Shown piece by piece: positions 1 through 9,697 of a stretch of 64,000 nucleotides of DNA (the first letter of the stretch is position 1; the number at the start of each line of letters is the position of its first letter). The stretch covers positions 1,088,001 through 1,152,000 of the forward strand of contig OZ242320.1 in the NCBI GenBank assembly GCA_965208125.1. Reading direction: 5' to 3'. Position numbers and translations under genes: made by a program. This DNA is from Candidatus Latescibacterota bacterium (GTDB lineage: Bacteria; Latescibacterota; UBA2968). The notes beneath the pieces are model-generated. The model was not told where the DNA came from. It did not search any database and was given only the letters and a program-made list of their open reading frames with translations.

Positions 1-2
1 TA

Positions 3-746
3 GATACCACAGCACAGGAAAAAGAACGGCGTGCAATCGCACTCGAGCAGCACGGCAGCATCTTAGACGCTGTCATGGGAGAAGCGAGATCCTTTGAGCG
101 CAAACTGGGCCAAAGAGACCGGGAAAAACTGGAAGAATATCTGACCTCTGTGCGCACAGTCGAGAAAAAGCTGGGCATGTCCAAAGCGTGGCTGGACAAA
201 CCCAAACCCCAGGTCAATATGGAAATGCCCGAAAATGGCCCCTTTGTCGAAACCCTGCCCTTGATGTACGACCTCATTGCCCTGGCACTGCAAACCGATT
301 CCACGCGGATAGCAACCCTGGAAGTAGGCCAGGGGATCAAAACCACGGACCTGGGCTTGAACACGAATTACCACAAATACTCACACCACGGCAAATTGCC
401 CGAACTCATGGAAGGCCTGACAATAATTGAAAAATACCAGATGAAACACCTGGGCCTGTTCTTCGACAAACTCAAAGCCATTGAAGACCCCGCCGGGGGA
501 ACCCTGTTTGACAACACAATGATATTATCGGGCAGTGGCATGGGCAACGGCAGTTCGCACTCCAATAAAAACCTGCCCATCTTGCTCGCGGGGGGTGGAT
601 TCCAACACGGGCAGCACATGGTATTTCCAGAAGCCAAGACCCAGCGCGTACCACTGAGCAACCTGTACCTATCCATGTTACAGAATTTTGGACTGGAAAT
701 CGATCACTTTGGCCAGAGCACCGGCACGCTAAAAGGATTCGAATAA
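3..746 (+). CDS. DUF1552-family protein, 5' end outside the window
   Basis: The frame is open from position 3 (DTTAQEKERR..SILDAV). It contains KLEEYLTSVR, ALQTDSTR, YHKYSHH and SHSNKNLPILLAGG, typical of DUF1552, and lies next to a DUF1592 gene. Confidence 0.8.
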   Translation, partial: DTTAQEKERRAIALEQHGSILDAVMGEARSFERKLGQRDREKLEEYLTSVRTVEKKLGMSKAWLDKPKPQVNMEMPENGPFVETLPLMYDLIALALQTDSTRIATLEVGQGIKTTDLGLNTNYHKYSHHGKLPELMEGLTIIEKYQMKHLGLFFDKLKAIEDPAGGTLFDNTMILSGSGMGNGSSHSNKNLPILLAGGGFQHGQHMVFPEAKTQRVPLSNLYLSMLQNFGLEIDHFGQSTGTLKGFE

Positions 747-748
747 AA

Positions 749-3214
749 ATGAAAAAAAGCGTTCTATTCCTCCTGATTGGCATCTTGTCGTCAGCGACTG
801 CATGGGCAGAAGGGGATGCGACATACAAAAATACCGTGCGGACATTTCTATCCCAGCGGTGTTATAAATGCCACGGCGCAGAGCTTCAAAAAGCAGATCT
901 GCGATTTGACACCCTCACGCTGGATTTTCACAATGAAGATGTCTTGCTCACATGGCAAAATATCGCCGACATGTTAAACCTCGGCTTAATGCCGCCCTAT
1001 GAAGAACCGCAGCCCGAACTCGCTGAAATGAAGCCCGTGATCGACTGGATTACCTCCTCGCTAAAAGCGCATTACGAAGCCGAAGAAAGCACGGGCGGAC
1101 AAACGGTATTGCGCCGCTTGAATCGGAACGAATACCGCAACACCATTCGGGACCTGTTGTATCTGGACATGACCATGTTTGACCCCACAGATGCATTTCC
1201 CCAGGACGATGAAGAACACGGATTTGACAACATCGGCAAAACCCTCGTCATGTCGGACTTTCTGGTCGAAAAATATCTCGACGCAGCCGATCAAATCGTA
1301 GAACGCGCCGTATTGCCCGCCCCCCAGCCAGAAGTAAAAACATACGAATTCACCTTTCCCATCATGCGCGGAGCCGGTGGATTTTTGGCACCGGCGAGCC
1401 GCCGCTTGAAACAGGGGTACGACGAGCTATTCCGCCGCCCCGATGACCGATGGGGATACATGTCCATCGACAGATTCCGAAAAGGCGTACCCCATTCGGG
1501 AATGTACCGCGTTCGCGTTCGCGCATCTGCCCACAACCAGCAACACCCCTATAACAAAGCACTGCGAACAGACGAAAATGAACCCATGCGCCTGGGCATT
1601 GTCGCCGCATCCGGGCGTTATGGCGACTTGCGGCAAAGCAACACATCGGACATAACACTGGCCGAATTTGAAATGATCGCAGACGGCAAACCGCGCGATT
1701 ACGAACGCGAACTCTGGCTGGATGAGTCTTACGTGCCGCGCGTCACCTATCCAAACGGACCCGTCACCCTTTATTGGCGAAGTCTTCTGAGGCGATATCA
1801 CCCTCAACTCTACGACAAAACAGACCGGCGCAAACTATCTCAACGAGAAGATCAGCAACTCGTACACCGGCAAACAGAAGTCACCGTCATGAATTATCTG
1901 GGGCCGAGCATTCGCATATACAAAGTCGAAATCGAAGGACCCCTTTACGACCAGTGGCCCCCGCCTTCGCACACGAGCGTCTTTGGCAAACGCGACCCCG
2001 ACAAAGTCAAACCGCGCGATATCCTGACCCGCTTTGCAACGCGCGCGTATCGCCGCCCGGTCAAACAGAGTGAAATCGCGCACATCCTGCAACTGGTCGA
2101 GCAACACGAAAAAGCAGGCGCCTCGCGCGTTCAGGCCATCAAAATGGGCTTAAAAGCCATCTTGTGTTCGCCCAACTTCCTCTATCTCTACGAAAACGAA
2201 GGGCAATTAGACGACTACGCACTCGCGTCCAAGTTATCGTATTTTCTCTGGTCATCCCTGCCCGACGAAGAATTATTCAATCTGGCAAAGAAAAAGCGAT
2301 TGCACAAACCGGACGTCTTGCGCGCACAAATTAATCGCATGTTAAAAGACGAAAAAGCGCGGGCATTTGTAGAGAACTTCACAGAGCGATGGTTGGCCCT
2401 GTACAAAATTGGCGAAATGCCGCCCGACCCGCGCAATTTCCGCCTGTACTATCAGGCGCATCTCGAAGACGCGATCAAAAAAGAAACCCACGCCTTCTTC
2501 CAGCACATCCTCGACAAAAACATGAGCATCGCGCATTTCATCGACTCTGACTTCACCTTCATCAACCGCGACCTGAGTTTGTTATACCGCATAGAAGGCG
2601 TAGAGAGCCGGGAATTTCGCAAAGTAAAACTCAACGACCCCAACCGCGGCGGCCTATTGGGACATGCCAGCGTATTGACGGCAACATCCAACGGCATCGA
2701 AACATCGCCCGTGGTGCGCGGCGTATGGGTATTGGAAAATATGTTGGGCATCACACCCCCACCCCCACTACCCGATATCGAACCACTTGAACCCGACATT
2801 CGGGGATCGACGACCATTCGTCAGCAACTGGCAAACCACCGCAATATCGCCACCTGCAACGAATGCCATCGCCACATCGATCCGCTGGGCTTTGCACTGG
2901 AAAATTTCAATCCCATAGGCGCGTGGCGATCTGGTTACGGTCCCAAAAAACCAAAAATAGATGCATCAGATGTCCTGTCTGACGGCAGCAAATTCGACGA
3001 TCTTGTGAGCTTTAAAAAGATCCTCATGGGAAAGAAAGATCAATTTGCCCGTTGCCTGACCGAAAAGATGCTCACCTATGCGACCGGACGCACATTGGAA
3101 GCCACGGACCGCCCCGAAGTGGATCGCATCGTACACGATTTGAAAACACAGGGCTATGGCTTGAAAGATCTGGTCCTGCTCGTAGCGACGAGTGAGCCAT
3201 TCTTGACCAAATAA
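749..3214 (+). CDS. DUF1592/DUF1588-type planctomycete cytochrome c-like protein
   Basis: Signal peptide; two CxxCH motifs (CYKCH, CNECH); LRRLNRNEYRNTIRDL, LASKLSYFLWSSLPD, TSPVVRGVWV and IDPLGFALENF motifs. Confidence 0.85.
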   Translation: MKKSVLFLLIGILSSATAWAEGDATYKNTVRTFLSQRCYKCHGAELQKADLRFDTLTLDFHNEDVLLTWQNIADMLNLGLMPPYEEPQPELAEMKPVIDWITSSLKAHYEAEESTGGQTVLRRLNRNEYRNTIRDLLYLDMTMFDPTDAFPQDDEEHGFDNIGKTLVMSDFLVEKYLDAADQIVERAVLPAPQPEVKTYEFTFPIMRGAGGFLAPASRRLKQGYDELFRRPDDRWGYMSIDRFRKGVPHSGMYRVRVRASAHNQQHPYNKALRTDENEPMRLGIVAASGRYGDLRQSNTSDITLAEFEMIADGKPRDYERELWLDESYVPRVTYPNGPVTLYWRSLLRRYHPQLYDKTDRRKLSQREDQQLVHRQTEVTVMNYLGPSIRIYKVEIEGPLYDQWPPPSHTSVFGKRDPDKVKPRDILTRFATRAYRRPVKQSEIAHILQLVEQHEKAGASRVQAIKMGLKAILCSPNFLYLYENEGQLDDYALASKLSYFLWSSLPDEELFNLAKKKRLHKPDVLRAQINRMLKDEKARAFVENFTERWLALYKIGEMPPDPRNFRLYYQAHLEDAIKKETHAFFQHILDKNMSIAHFIDSDFTFINRDLSLLYRIEGVESREFRKVKLNDPNRGGLLGHASVLTATSNGIETSPVVRGVWVLENMLGITPPPPLPDIEPLEPDIRGSTTIRQQLANHRNIATCNECHRHIDPLGFALENFNPIGAWRSGYGPKKPKIDASDVLSDGSKFDDLVSFKKILMGKKDQFARCLTEKMLTYATGRTLEATDRPEVDRIVHDLKTQGYGLKDLVLLVATSEPFLTK

Positions 3215-3239
3215 TCGCCAACCTCACAGAGGTAAAACA

Positions 3240-3275
3240 AAAAGCTCTGGTATTATTGCCAGAGCTTTTCTGTTT
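3240..3275 (+). terminator. Rho-independent terminator, possibly bidirectional
   Basis: AAAAGCTCTGG-tattattg-CCAGAGCTTTT perfect stem followed by a T-rich tail, just after the stop at 3214. Confidence 0.8.
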
Positions 3276-3304
3276 ATAAAAATAAAGTTGAAAAACCTTC
3301 GTTT

Positions 3305-3390
3305 TCGATTGACCTACCTTAATTTAAATATTAACTTGACTTAAATATTAATTTAATTTGAAAATAAAATAAGTCATTTTAATTATCATC
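3305..3390 (+). promoter_or_regulatory. AT-rich promoter/operator region of the TonB-receptor locus
   Basis: TTGACC(3309)-17 bp-TAACTT; direct repeat TTAAATATTAA at 3324 and 3341; inverted repeat TGACTTA(3337)...TAAGTCA(3370). Confidence 0.45.
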
Positions 3391-3486
3391 AACAATTCAT
3401 CCGCGGTCTGAAAGGAGGCATGCCTATAGCTTAAAGGCAGATGTGTTTTTAGAAATGCAACAAACCGCAACAAAGGAGGCGTGCTT

Positions 3487-4200
3487 ATGAAATATGGAAA
3501 AGTTGGTTTTTTGTGCCTGACCCTATTGTTTTTCACACCGGGTACAGGTCAATCGGAAATTGACGGCACCTGGGGAATGGGCATTGTAGCCAATTACGAA
3601 GTCCCACTATTCGCGCTGAATAGCTGGTTTCCTTCCGGCGGGATCAACATGGGTGTGTCCATTGTAAACGTCAAGAACGCCACCTGGACGTTTGAACTGG
3701 ACGGTCAATATACCAAATACAGTTCCGGAGACTTAGAGAACAGGAGCTTTCTCTTTGGAGGCGACGGACAAAGCTACAACAGCCCAAATGCCAGCTCAGA
3801 GATGATGTGGGCAAGCTTGACTGCAAACTTTCTTTATCACTTTAACAATGGTGGTGAGAAGTTGGAATCAGGCGGCGGCGCGCCGTATCTCATAATTGGC
3901 GCGGGCTTCTACCACTTTAAAAACAAGATGAGCGGGCTGATCTATCCGGGGCAGAGTGGCACGACTATTGACCCGAACGTTTTGTTGCGGCCAGCAGAAG
4001 ATGTCCGCACAGAACCCGGCGTGAGTGTGGGATTCGGGGTTGAGTATTTTGCCTCGCAGTCCGTCGCCATCGATATTCGCGGACAATACCATATTGTCTG
4101 GGGAGAAACGCGTTCCATGGAAGCCTGGGGGCTGGAAAAAGCATTCCCCTTTCACAAGTTTAACGGCGGAGCGCGGATCAAATTCTATTTCGCCAATTGA
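3487..4200 (+). CDS. Outer-membrane beta-barrel protein (OmpA/OmpW-like small barrel)
   Basis: RBS GGAGG 7 nt before ATG 3487; signal peptide; amphipathic strands (PYLIIGAGFY, GVSVGFGVEYF); C-terminal GARIKFYF. Confidence 0.7.
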   Translation: MKYGKVGFLCLTLLFFTPGTGQSEIDGTWGMGIVANYEVPLFALNSWFPSGGINMGVSIVNVKNATWTFELDGQYTKYSSGDLENRSFLFGGDGQSYNSPNASSEMMWASLTANFLYHFNNGGEKLESGGGAPYLIIGAGFYHFKNKMSGLIYPGQSGTTIDPNVLLRPAEDVRTEPGVSVGFGVEYFASQSVAIDIRGQYHIVWGETRSMEAWGLEKAFPFHKFNGGARIKFYFAN

Positions 4201-4217
4201 GGAAAGGAGATCGAGAT

Positions 4218-7200
4218 ATGAAGTACAAATTACGTCTGGCCTGTGTTCTGCTGGCACTATTTGGTTTCTGGCCCTCAGAGGGCATGGCCGGTACAGTAGG
4301 TAAAATCAACGGTACGATCATAGACGCCTCGGGCCAGCCGCTGCCGGGTGCCAACGTGCAGATAAAAGGCACGCAACGCGGCGCAACAGCCGATTCAGAA
4401 GGCTATTTTCTGATCCTGTCAGTCGAGCCGGGGACATACGAATTGGAAGCATCTCTGGTGGGATATAATGCAGAGATCTTACAAAATATTGCGGTGCGGG
4501 CGGACCTGACGACCACCGTGGAGTTCAAACTTCGGGAAGCCGCTGTCGAACTGGGTGAATTGGTAGTGATAGCCGAGCGTCCTCCCGTAGAAGTAGATAA
4601 GACCGTGACGCGGTACGTGGTGAGCACCGAGGATGTGGAAAATGTACCACTGGCGCGTTCTACAGCCGAAGTCATTATGCTCCAGCCCGGTGTCTCGCTG
4701 GATGGCAACCTGCGAATTCGCGCGAGCCGGGTCGGCGGGCGGCGCGGCAACAACGAGGTCATGGTTGAAATCGATGGCATTCGGCTGGCGAATAACGACG
4801 GCCTGGATAACATCACGATGTCGCAGGTCAACAGCGTGGCCCGGAGCGCCATACAGGAAGTGTCGGTCTATAACGGCGGCATGAATGCCGAATACGGCAA
4901 TGCACAGGGCGGTGTCATCAGCCTGGTGAGCCGCGAAAATAAAGACCGGTATTCCGGGTTGGGCGAGTACCGCTTGACCCTGCCGGGGCTAAAGCACTGG
5001 GGTAGCAATGTCTATGACAGCCCCTTGCTGGAAGGCCGTCCCGATTACAGCGGTATTCATTCCGGGAAGCGCACCGATTACGACAAAAAACTCGGACATC
5101 TCTTTGAGGCCAATATCTCGGGTCCGATCACGCCAAATGTCGGATTCTTCGCGAGCGGCACCACCTCTCGAAGGGCGCCGGTATATCCCAATCCAACCAA
5201 CTCAGAGCCGAGTAATTTCAATTCCTCGGCCAATATCACATACCGCCCCTCGGGCAACATAAAGTTCAAGGCTGGTGGAACCTGGGTCTATCGAGACGTC
5301 TTCCACGACGGCGGTCGAGATATTAACACCGGCTTTGAAACCACCGATACACCGGCCGGCGGCATTCGCGGGATTGGGCAAACTGGCAATAATTTGTTCC
5401 TGTCCGACAATGGTGCGGGCAAAAACCCCAGGACCGACCAAGTCGTGTACGGGGTACTTACACACACGCTTTCGTCGAAGACATTTTACGATGTGCGAAT
5501 TTCCTATCAGCGCACAGCGCAAGATACGTCCGGTGTGCCGGCAGCGACCGAAGATGTGACGCGGGACGCGCAGGGATTTTTCCTGGACAGGGATATTCAC
5601 GCATTTCAGTACGCCCGTCGAACCCGCATGCTTTTGAAGGCCGACCTGAGCAGCCAGTTGCACAAAGGGCATTTTGCAAAGGCGGGATTTGAAATCATGC
5701 GCTACGACATCTACCAGCACGAAGAGCTTTTTGAGACCTCCCGCAACCGGGAAATCCGTCTGGTGGGCAAGGGCGACCCCATTATCGGGATGGAAGGCTT
5801 CAATCCGATCACCTATGCGGCTTATGTTCAGGACAAAATGGAGTTTGAGGGCCTGGTGGTCAACCTGGGCTTCCGCGCAGACCTTCTCGACCCGGGTGAA
5901 TCCTTTGGCCGCGCGATGGACCACCCGCTCTGGTTCCACTATAACTCGCTGACGCGCTGGCGAAATGTGCCGATTGAGGATGCACCCACGCAGAAGGCAC
6001 TCAGCCCCCGCATCGGAATTTCTCATCCGATTACAGACCGTTCCTTCATCCGGTTCTTCACAGGACAGTTCCACCAGTTTTTTGACATGCAGAACCTCTA
6101 CACGCGGCTGTTTTCGGCCTCGGGGCCAGATCGGGATGTGGATGGCGACGGGGTAATTGAACAGAATGAAATCATGAACGCGCTGACCTATCCGTTGGCC
6201 GCGGATTTCGGCAATGTCCATGTGAAGCCCGAAAAGACCACGCAGTTTGAAGTGGGTGTCGAGTGGAACTTTGCCGGACCGTACGTCATAGCCCTCACGG
6301 CTTTCTACAAAGATCAGGAGGGGAGGCAGGGCGACTCGGACAATTACGTCCACGATCCGTTTCGGGGGAAAAACTCGTCGTATGACCACGGACAGTGGAA
6401 CCGGCGGTTTTCCACCTCGCGCGGGTTCGAGTTGTCGTTCTCAAAAAAATTCAAAGATATGTTCGCATTCAACGTGGCCTACAATTTGAACTGGGCCAAG
6501 TCTCACCAGGGCGGAAGACGTGCCCAGGACTGGACTTATGTGGCGACGGGTGAATTTGTGAACAGCGACCTGTACTATGCCGGTGTGACATTTGATAATA
6601 CCGGACAGGAATTTCCTCGGGTACCCACTGCCGAAGAACGGGCGACGCTGGCTGCGCTGGCAGACGATATCGCCCGGGGCTACAAGAAATTGGCAGACGA
6701 CAAGGTGCCCAAGTTCAGCGGGTTCTGGGAACAGCCAGTGGTGATTGTGCCCGGACTCTATGCATTCAATGTTGGCTCCTACAGCATCCCGAGCCTGGAT
6801 GGCGGCCTGGACCGGCGCAATTTTGCCAGTATTCAACTCCTCTTTTCTTCGCCGCCAGATTACCACATCAAACCACTATCTGGCCTGCGGACAACATTGG
6901 TCTGGCAGATGCAGACCGGAAGCCCCTGGAACTACTCGCCTCCCGTTGGTCCCGCGCAGCGTCGAAACAGGCCGGTGACCACCGTGACCGACGTGAGTGC
7001 AGAAAAGGATTTCAACATCGGCGAGACCGCATTGGCAACCGCCTTTGTCGAAGTGCGCAATTTCTTCGGGCAACGGGATGACCTATCGACCGGTTTCCCC
7101 ACAATTCAGTACGGATTACTCCTGCCGACGCCGGGCGACAGTAAATTCGATCAATTTGGTGATATAAATGAACTGACGCGGTACAACGACGGTTTGGGAC

Positions 7201-7241
7201 GACCCCGGTCGATTGTGCTGGGTGCGCGGTTCAAGTTCTAA
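4218..7241 (+). CDS. TonB-dependent receptor with N-terminal carboxypeptidase-regulatory-like domain
   Basis: RBS AGGAG; GKINGTIID..QPLPGANV N-domain; plug motif GGMNAEYGNAQGGVI; YVQDKMEFEGLVVNLGFR, LSPRIGISHPIT and KPEKTTQFEVG; ends GARFKF. Confidence 0.92.
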   Translation: MKYKLRLACVLLALFGFWPSEGMAGTVGKINGTIIDASGQPLPGANVQIKGTQRGATADSEGYFLILSVEPGTYELEASLVGYNAEILQNIAVRADLTTTVEFKLREAAVELGELVVIAERPPVEVDKTVTRYVVSTEDVENVPLARSTAEVIMLQPGVSLDGNLRIRASRVGGRRGNNEVMVEIDGIRLANNDGLDNITMSQVNSVARSAIQEVSVYNGGMNAEYGNAQGGVISLVSRENKDRYSGLGEYRLTLPGLKHWGSNVYDSPLLEGRPDYSGIHSGKRTDYDKKLGHLFEANISGPITPNVGFFASGTTSRRAPVYPNPTNSEPSNFNSSANITYRPSGNIKFKAGGTWVYRDVFHDGGRDINTGFETTDTPAGGIRGIGQTGNNLFLSDNGAGKNPRTDQVVYGVLTHTLSSKTFYDVRISYQRTAQDTSGVPAATEDVTRDAQGFFLDRDIHAFQYARRTRMLLKADLSSQLHKGHFAKAGFEIMRYDIYQHEELFETSRNREIRLVGKGDPIIGMEGFNPITYAAYVQDKMEFEGLVVNLGFRADLLDPGESFGRAMDHPLWFHYNSLTRWRNVPIEDAPTQKALSPRIGISHPITDRSFIRFFTGQFHQFFDMQNLYTRLFSASGPDRDVDGDGVIEQNEIMNALTYPLAADFGNVHVKPEKTTQFEVGVEWNFAGPYVIALTAFYKDQEGRQGDSDNYVHDPFRGKNSSYDHGQWNRRFSTSRGFELSFSKKFKDMFAFNVAYNLNWAKSHQGGRRAQDWTYVATGEFVNSDLYYAGVTFDNTGQEFPRVPTAEERATLAALADDIARGYKKLADDKVPKFSGFWEQPVVIVPGLYAFNVGSYSIPSLDGGLDRRNFASIQLLFSSPPDYHIKPLSGLRTTLVWQMQTGSPWNYSPPVGPAQRRNRPVTTVTDVSAEKDFNIGETALATAFVEVRNFFGQRDDLSTGFPTIQYGLLLPTPGDSKFDQFGDINELTRYNDGLGRPRSIVLGARFKF

Positions 7242-7253
7242 TCACACTTAGTC

Positions 7254-7292
7254 GTTGGCGTGACCGCGCAATGCGTGTGCGGTCGCGCCAAC
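7254..7292 (+). other. Intergenic 17-bp RNA hairpin without a U-tail
   Basis: GTTGGCGTGACCGCGCA-atgcg-TGTGCGGTCGCGCCAAC; both mismatches are G-U compatible; immediately before RBS AGGAGGT. Confidence 0.7.
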
Positions 7293-7312
7293 AATCAGGA
7301 GGTGTATTCTCC

Positions 7313-9664
7313 ATGTTCAGTGATCACGTAAAAAAATGGATGGGACTTGGCCTGCTATCTGTGGTGCTGGTACTTGCCAACGCATTGCAATCCAAGGCAC
7401 AAGTTCCCTACTCAACGGCACGCCACATGACCCGCTCCCTCGTTTGGATCTCGTTTACAAACTGGGGCACCTCGGGCATGCATTATCATGTGACACCAGG
7501 TCGCGTGATGATGCGGATGTCCTACCCGGGCAATACTTATGCGCTGTATGCCCTGCTGGGGACAGAGGAGTTCGAAGAATACTGGGGCAGCAAGGGCTGG
7601 GGACACGCCGAGCAGAAAACAGAATCGAACATGCACTCGGCCGGCGAAGGCGTGCTGGTATTGACCAACGTTGACGGTGAAAAATTTGTCTCGGTAACAG
7701 GCCCGCGCACGCCCACCGAAGATGTCGAACCGCAAATTTACGATATTCAAAACCAGAAAGAGGCGACCTGGGGCGTCCAGACCACCGTACCTGACCGGGG
7801 CGTGAATCCCGGCATGATAAAGTCCAACTGGTGGAGCGGCGCATCGCCCCAAACAGTAGATCGCACACAGAGCCGTCCCTACGAGATCCACAACTTCGAT
7901 TACAGCATGTACCCACCCGTACAGACTGCGGGAGAAGAGATCCACATTTCTCAGTGGTCAACCAAACACGATGTGTGGGTCACGCGAAAAGCGCACTCCT
8001 ATAGCCATCAGGATTTTGACGATTTCTTTATCCTCGAACTCGAGTTCGAAAACCGCGGTAACAAGCAGTTAAACGATACGTATTTCGGGGTAATGAACAC
8101 ATTTTATGTCAACAACCACGGCACATCGTATCGCTGGGGGCACGAAGGTGGGTTGGTGCGGTATCGGCGCGCGCCGGGGGGAATGGACGACTGGTACAAA
8201 TATACCGAGTCGCCCAATTTTATGCCGAATCCCCTCAGTGGACTGTCCGCCTCTCAGTTCCAGGGAAAATTCATCAACTACCAGTGGGACGGAAATACCA
8301 ACGCCAGCTTTGAGGAAGATACGGGCGACCCGTATTACAGAGACCTCGAAAACGGCGGCGGCGACTTTCCAAACAGCACAGCACGGCCCGAAGGAACGCC
8401 AATTTCGCTGGCCTACCAGTTCATGGCTCCGCTGGCATTCCGCAACACTGGGGCGAGTCACACCTTCAATGCAGCAGACGCAGCACAGGGCTTTGTAGAT
8501 CCCCAGGGCGACCCGCTTTCGCACTGGTACACCGCGCACGCGCGGCGCAATATCGACGATCCCACGCGCGGATCGGTGAGCATGGCGGACCAATACGACA
8601 TCTTCACAGGGCCTAATACACCCGACCCGACGTCTGAACAGATGCAGTGGAGCGACCAGATCTGGGGACCTTACAACCTCGCGCCTGGCGATAAGGCCAA
8701 AGTAGTGTTGGTCTATGGATTCGGTTCAGCCGCAGATATGGCACCAAACACAGAAACCGGCTACCCGCACGATATGATTCAATGGTCGTTTAACTTTGGA
8801 AACGTGGGCGATGATGAACGGAAGCAAAGACTGGCCCGGGGCGAAGAGGCGATGCTTCGACACCTCGAGCATGCTCAATTTGTGTATAACGCCGGGTTCG
8901 ATGTTCCCGATTCCCCACCGGATGTGGAATTTTTCCAGACCAGCAACGCGCAGGCAAAGATCGTTCTGGAGTGGCCCAATACCGCTGATAATGCGATCCA
9001 CCCCGACTATGGCATGGCAGATGTTGCGGGCTACCGGGTTTACCGATCAATCTGGCAGGAAACCGGACCGTGGATCCTCAAGGCCGATATTCCCAAAGGA
9101 TCGGACAGCGGCGGGAAATACTCCTGGGTAGATGAAGAATCTCTGGCAGGATTTTCGTTTGGTTATAGCGTGAGAGCCTATGCCACGCCGAAGACCAACT
9201 GGTCCAACTCCACCGGAATGACCATCAACGATCTGCCCCCAACGGTTCGGGCGCACCTGGAGAACGGGCTGGAGGGCGGTTGGTCGGCCGCCGAGCAGCG
9301 CATGGTTGTGCCGGGAACGCCTATACTGGCGGCAAACGACGATGCAGACGCGCTGGCTAACCCCGTAACAGTGGTGCCCAATCCGTTTGATCTGAGCCTG
9401 GCGGAAGCCAACTATCAGGGATCGAAAAAACTGCGTTTCCTGGGCGTGCCCCGCAAGTCTCGGATTTCCATTTTTACCGTATCGGGCGACCTGATTCAGG
9501 TGATTGATCACGACGATCCCACCGCTGGCGAGGCAGCCTGGCTGCTGAAAGATCGCTTTTTGACCGGCGAGGCGACCTCGGCCCTTTATTTCTTCGTGGT
9601 CGAGTCTCTAATGCCAGCCAGCATGGGCCAAAAATCCAAAGGCGCATTTGTGATTCACCGGTAG
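7313..9664 (+). CDS. Secreted protein with FN3-like domain and T9SS type-A-like C-terminal sorting domain
   Basis: RBS AGGAGGT; signal peptide; FN3-like IVLEW..VAGYRVYRS..YSVRAY; C-terminus VVPNPF..ISIFTVSGDLIQVI..W..ALYFFVVE..KGAFVIHR. Confidence 0.72.
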   Translation: MFSDHVKKWMGLGLLSVVLVLANALQSKAQVPYSTARHMTRSLVWISFTNWGTSGMHYHVTPGRVMMRMSYPGNTYALYALLGTEEFEEYWGSKGWGHAEQKTESNMHSAGEGVLVLTNVDGEKFVSVTGPRTPTEDVEPQIYDIQNQKEATWGVQTTVPDRGVNPGMIKSNWWSGASPQTVDRTQSRPYEIHNFDYSMYPPVQTAGEEIHISQWSTKHDVWVTRKAHSYSHQDFDDFFILELEFENRGNKQLNDTYFGVMNTFYVNNHGTSYRWGHEGGLVRYRRAPGGMDDWYKYTESPNFMPNPLSGLSASQFQGKFINYQWDGNTNASFEEDTGDPYYRDLENGGGDFPNSTARPEGTPISLAYQFMAPLAFRNTGASHTFNAADAAQGFVDPQGDPLSHWYTAHARRNIDDPTRGSVSMADQYDIFTGPNTPDPTSEQMQWSDQIWGPYNLAPGDKAKVVLVYGFGSAADMAPNTETGYPHDMIQWSFNFGNVGDDERKQRLARGEEAMLRHLEHAQFVYNAGFDVPDSPPDVEFFQTSNAQAKIVLEWPNTADNAIHPDYGMADVAGYRVYRSIWQETGPWILKADIPKGSDSGGKYSWVDEESLAGFSFGYSVRAYATPKTNWSNSTGMTINDLPPTVRAHLENGLEGGWSAAEQRMVVPGTPILAANDDADALANPVTVVPNPFDLSLAEANYQGSKKLRFLGVPRKSRISIFTVSGDLIQVIDHDDPTAGEAAWLLKDRFLTGEATSALYFFVVESLMPASMGQKSKGAFVIHR

Positions 9665-9697
9665 TGGTTTTGGACCTCAAAAAAAGGATGAACAGCT

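Noticed and set aside
5202-6389. 395-aa minus-strand ORF
   Set aside because: Antisense to the TBDR, with no motifs; explained by codon bias.
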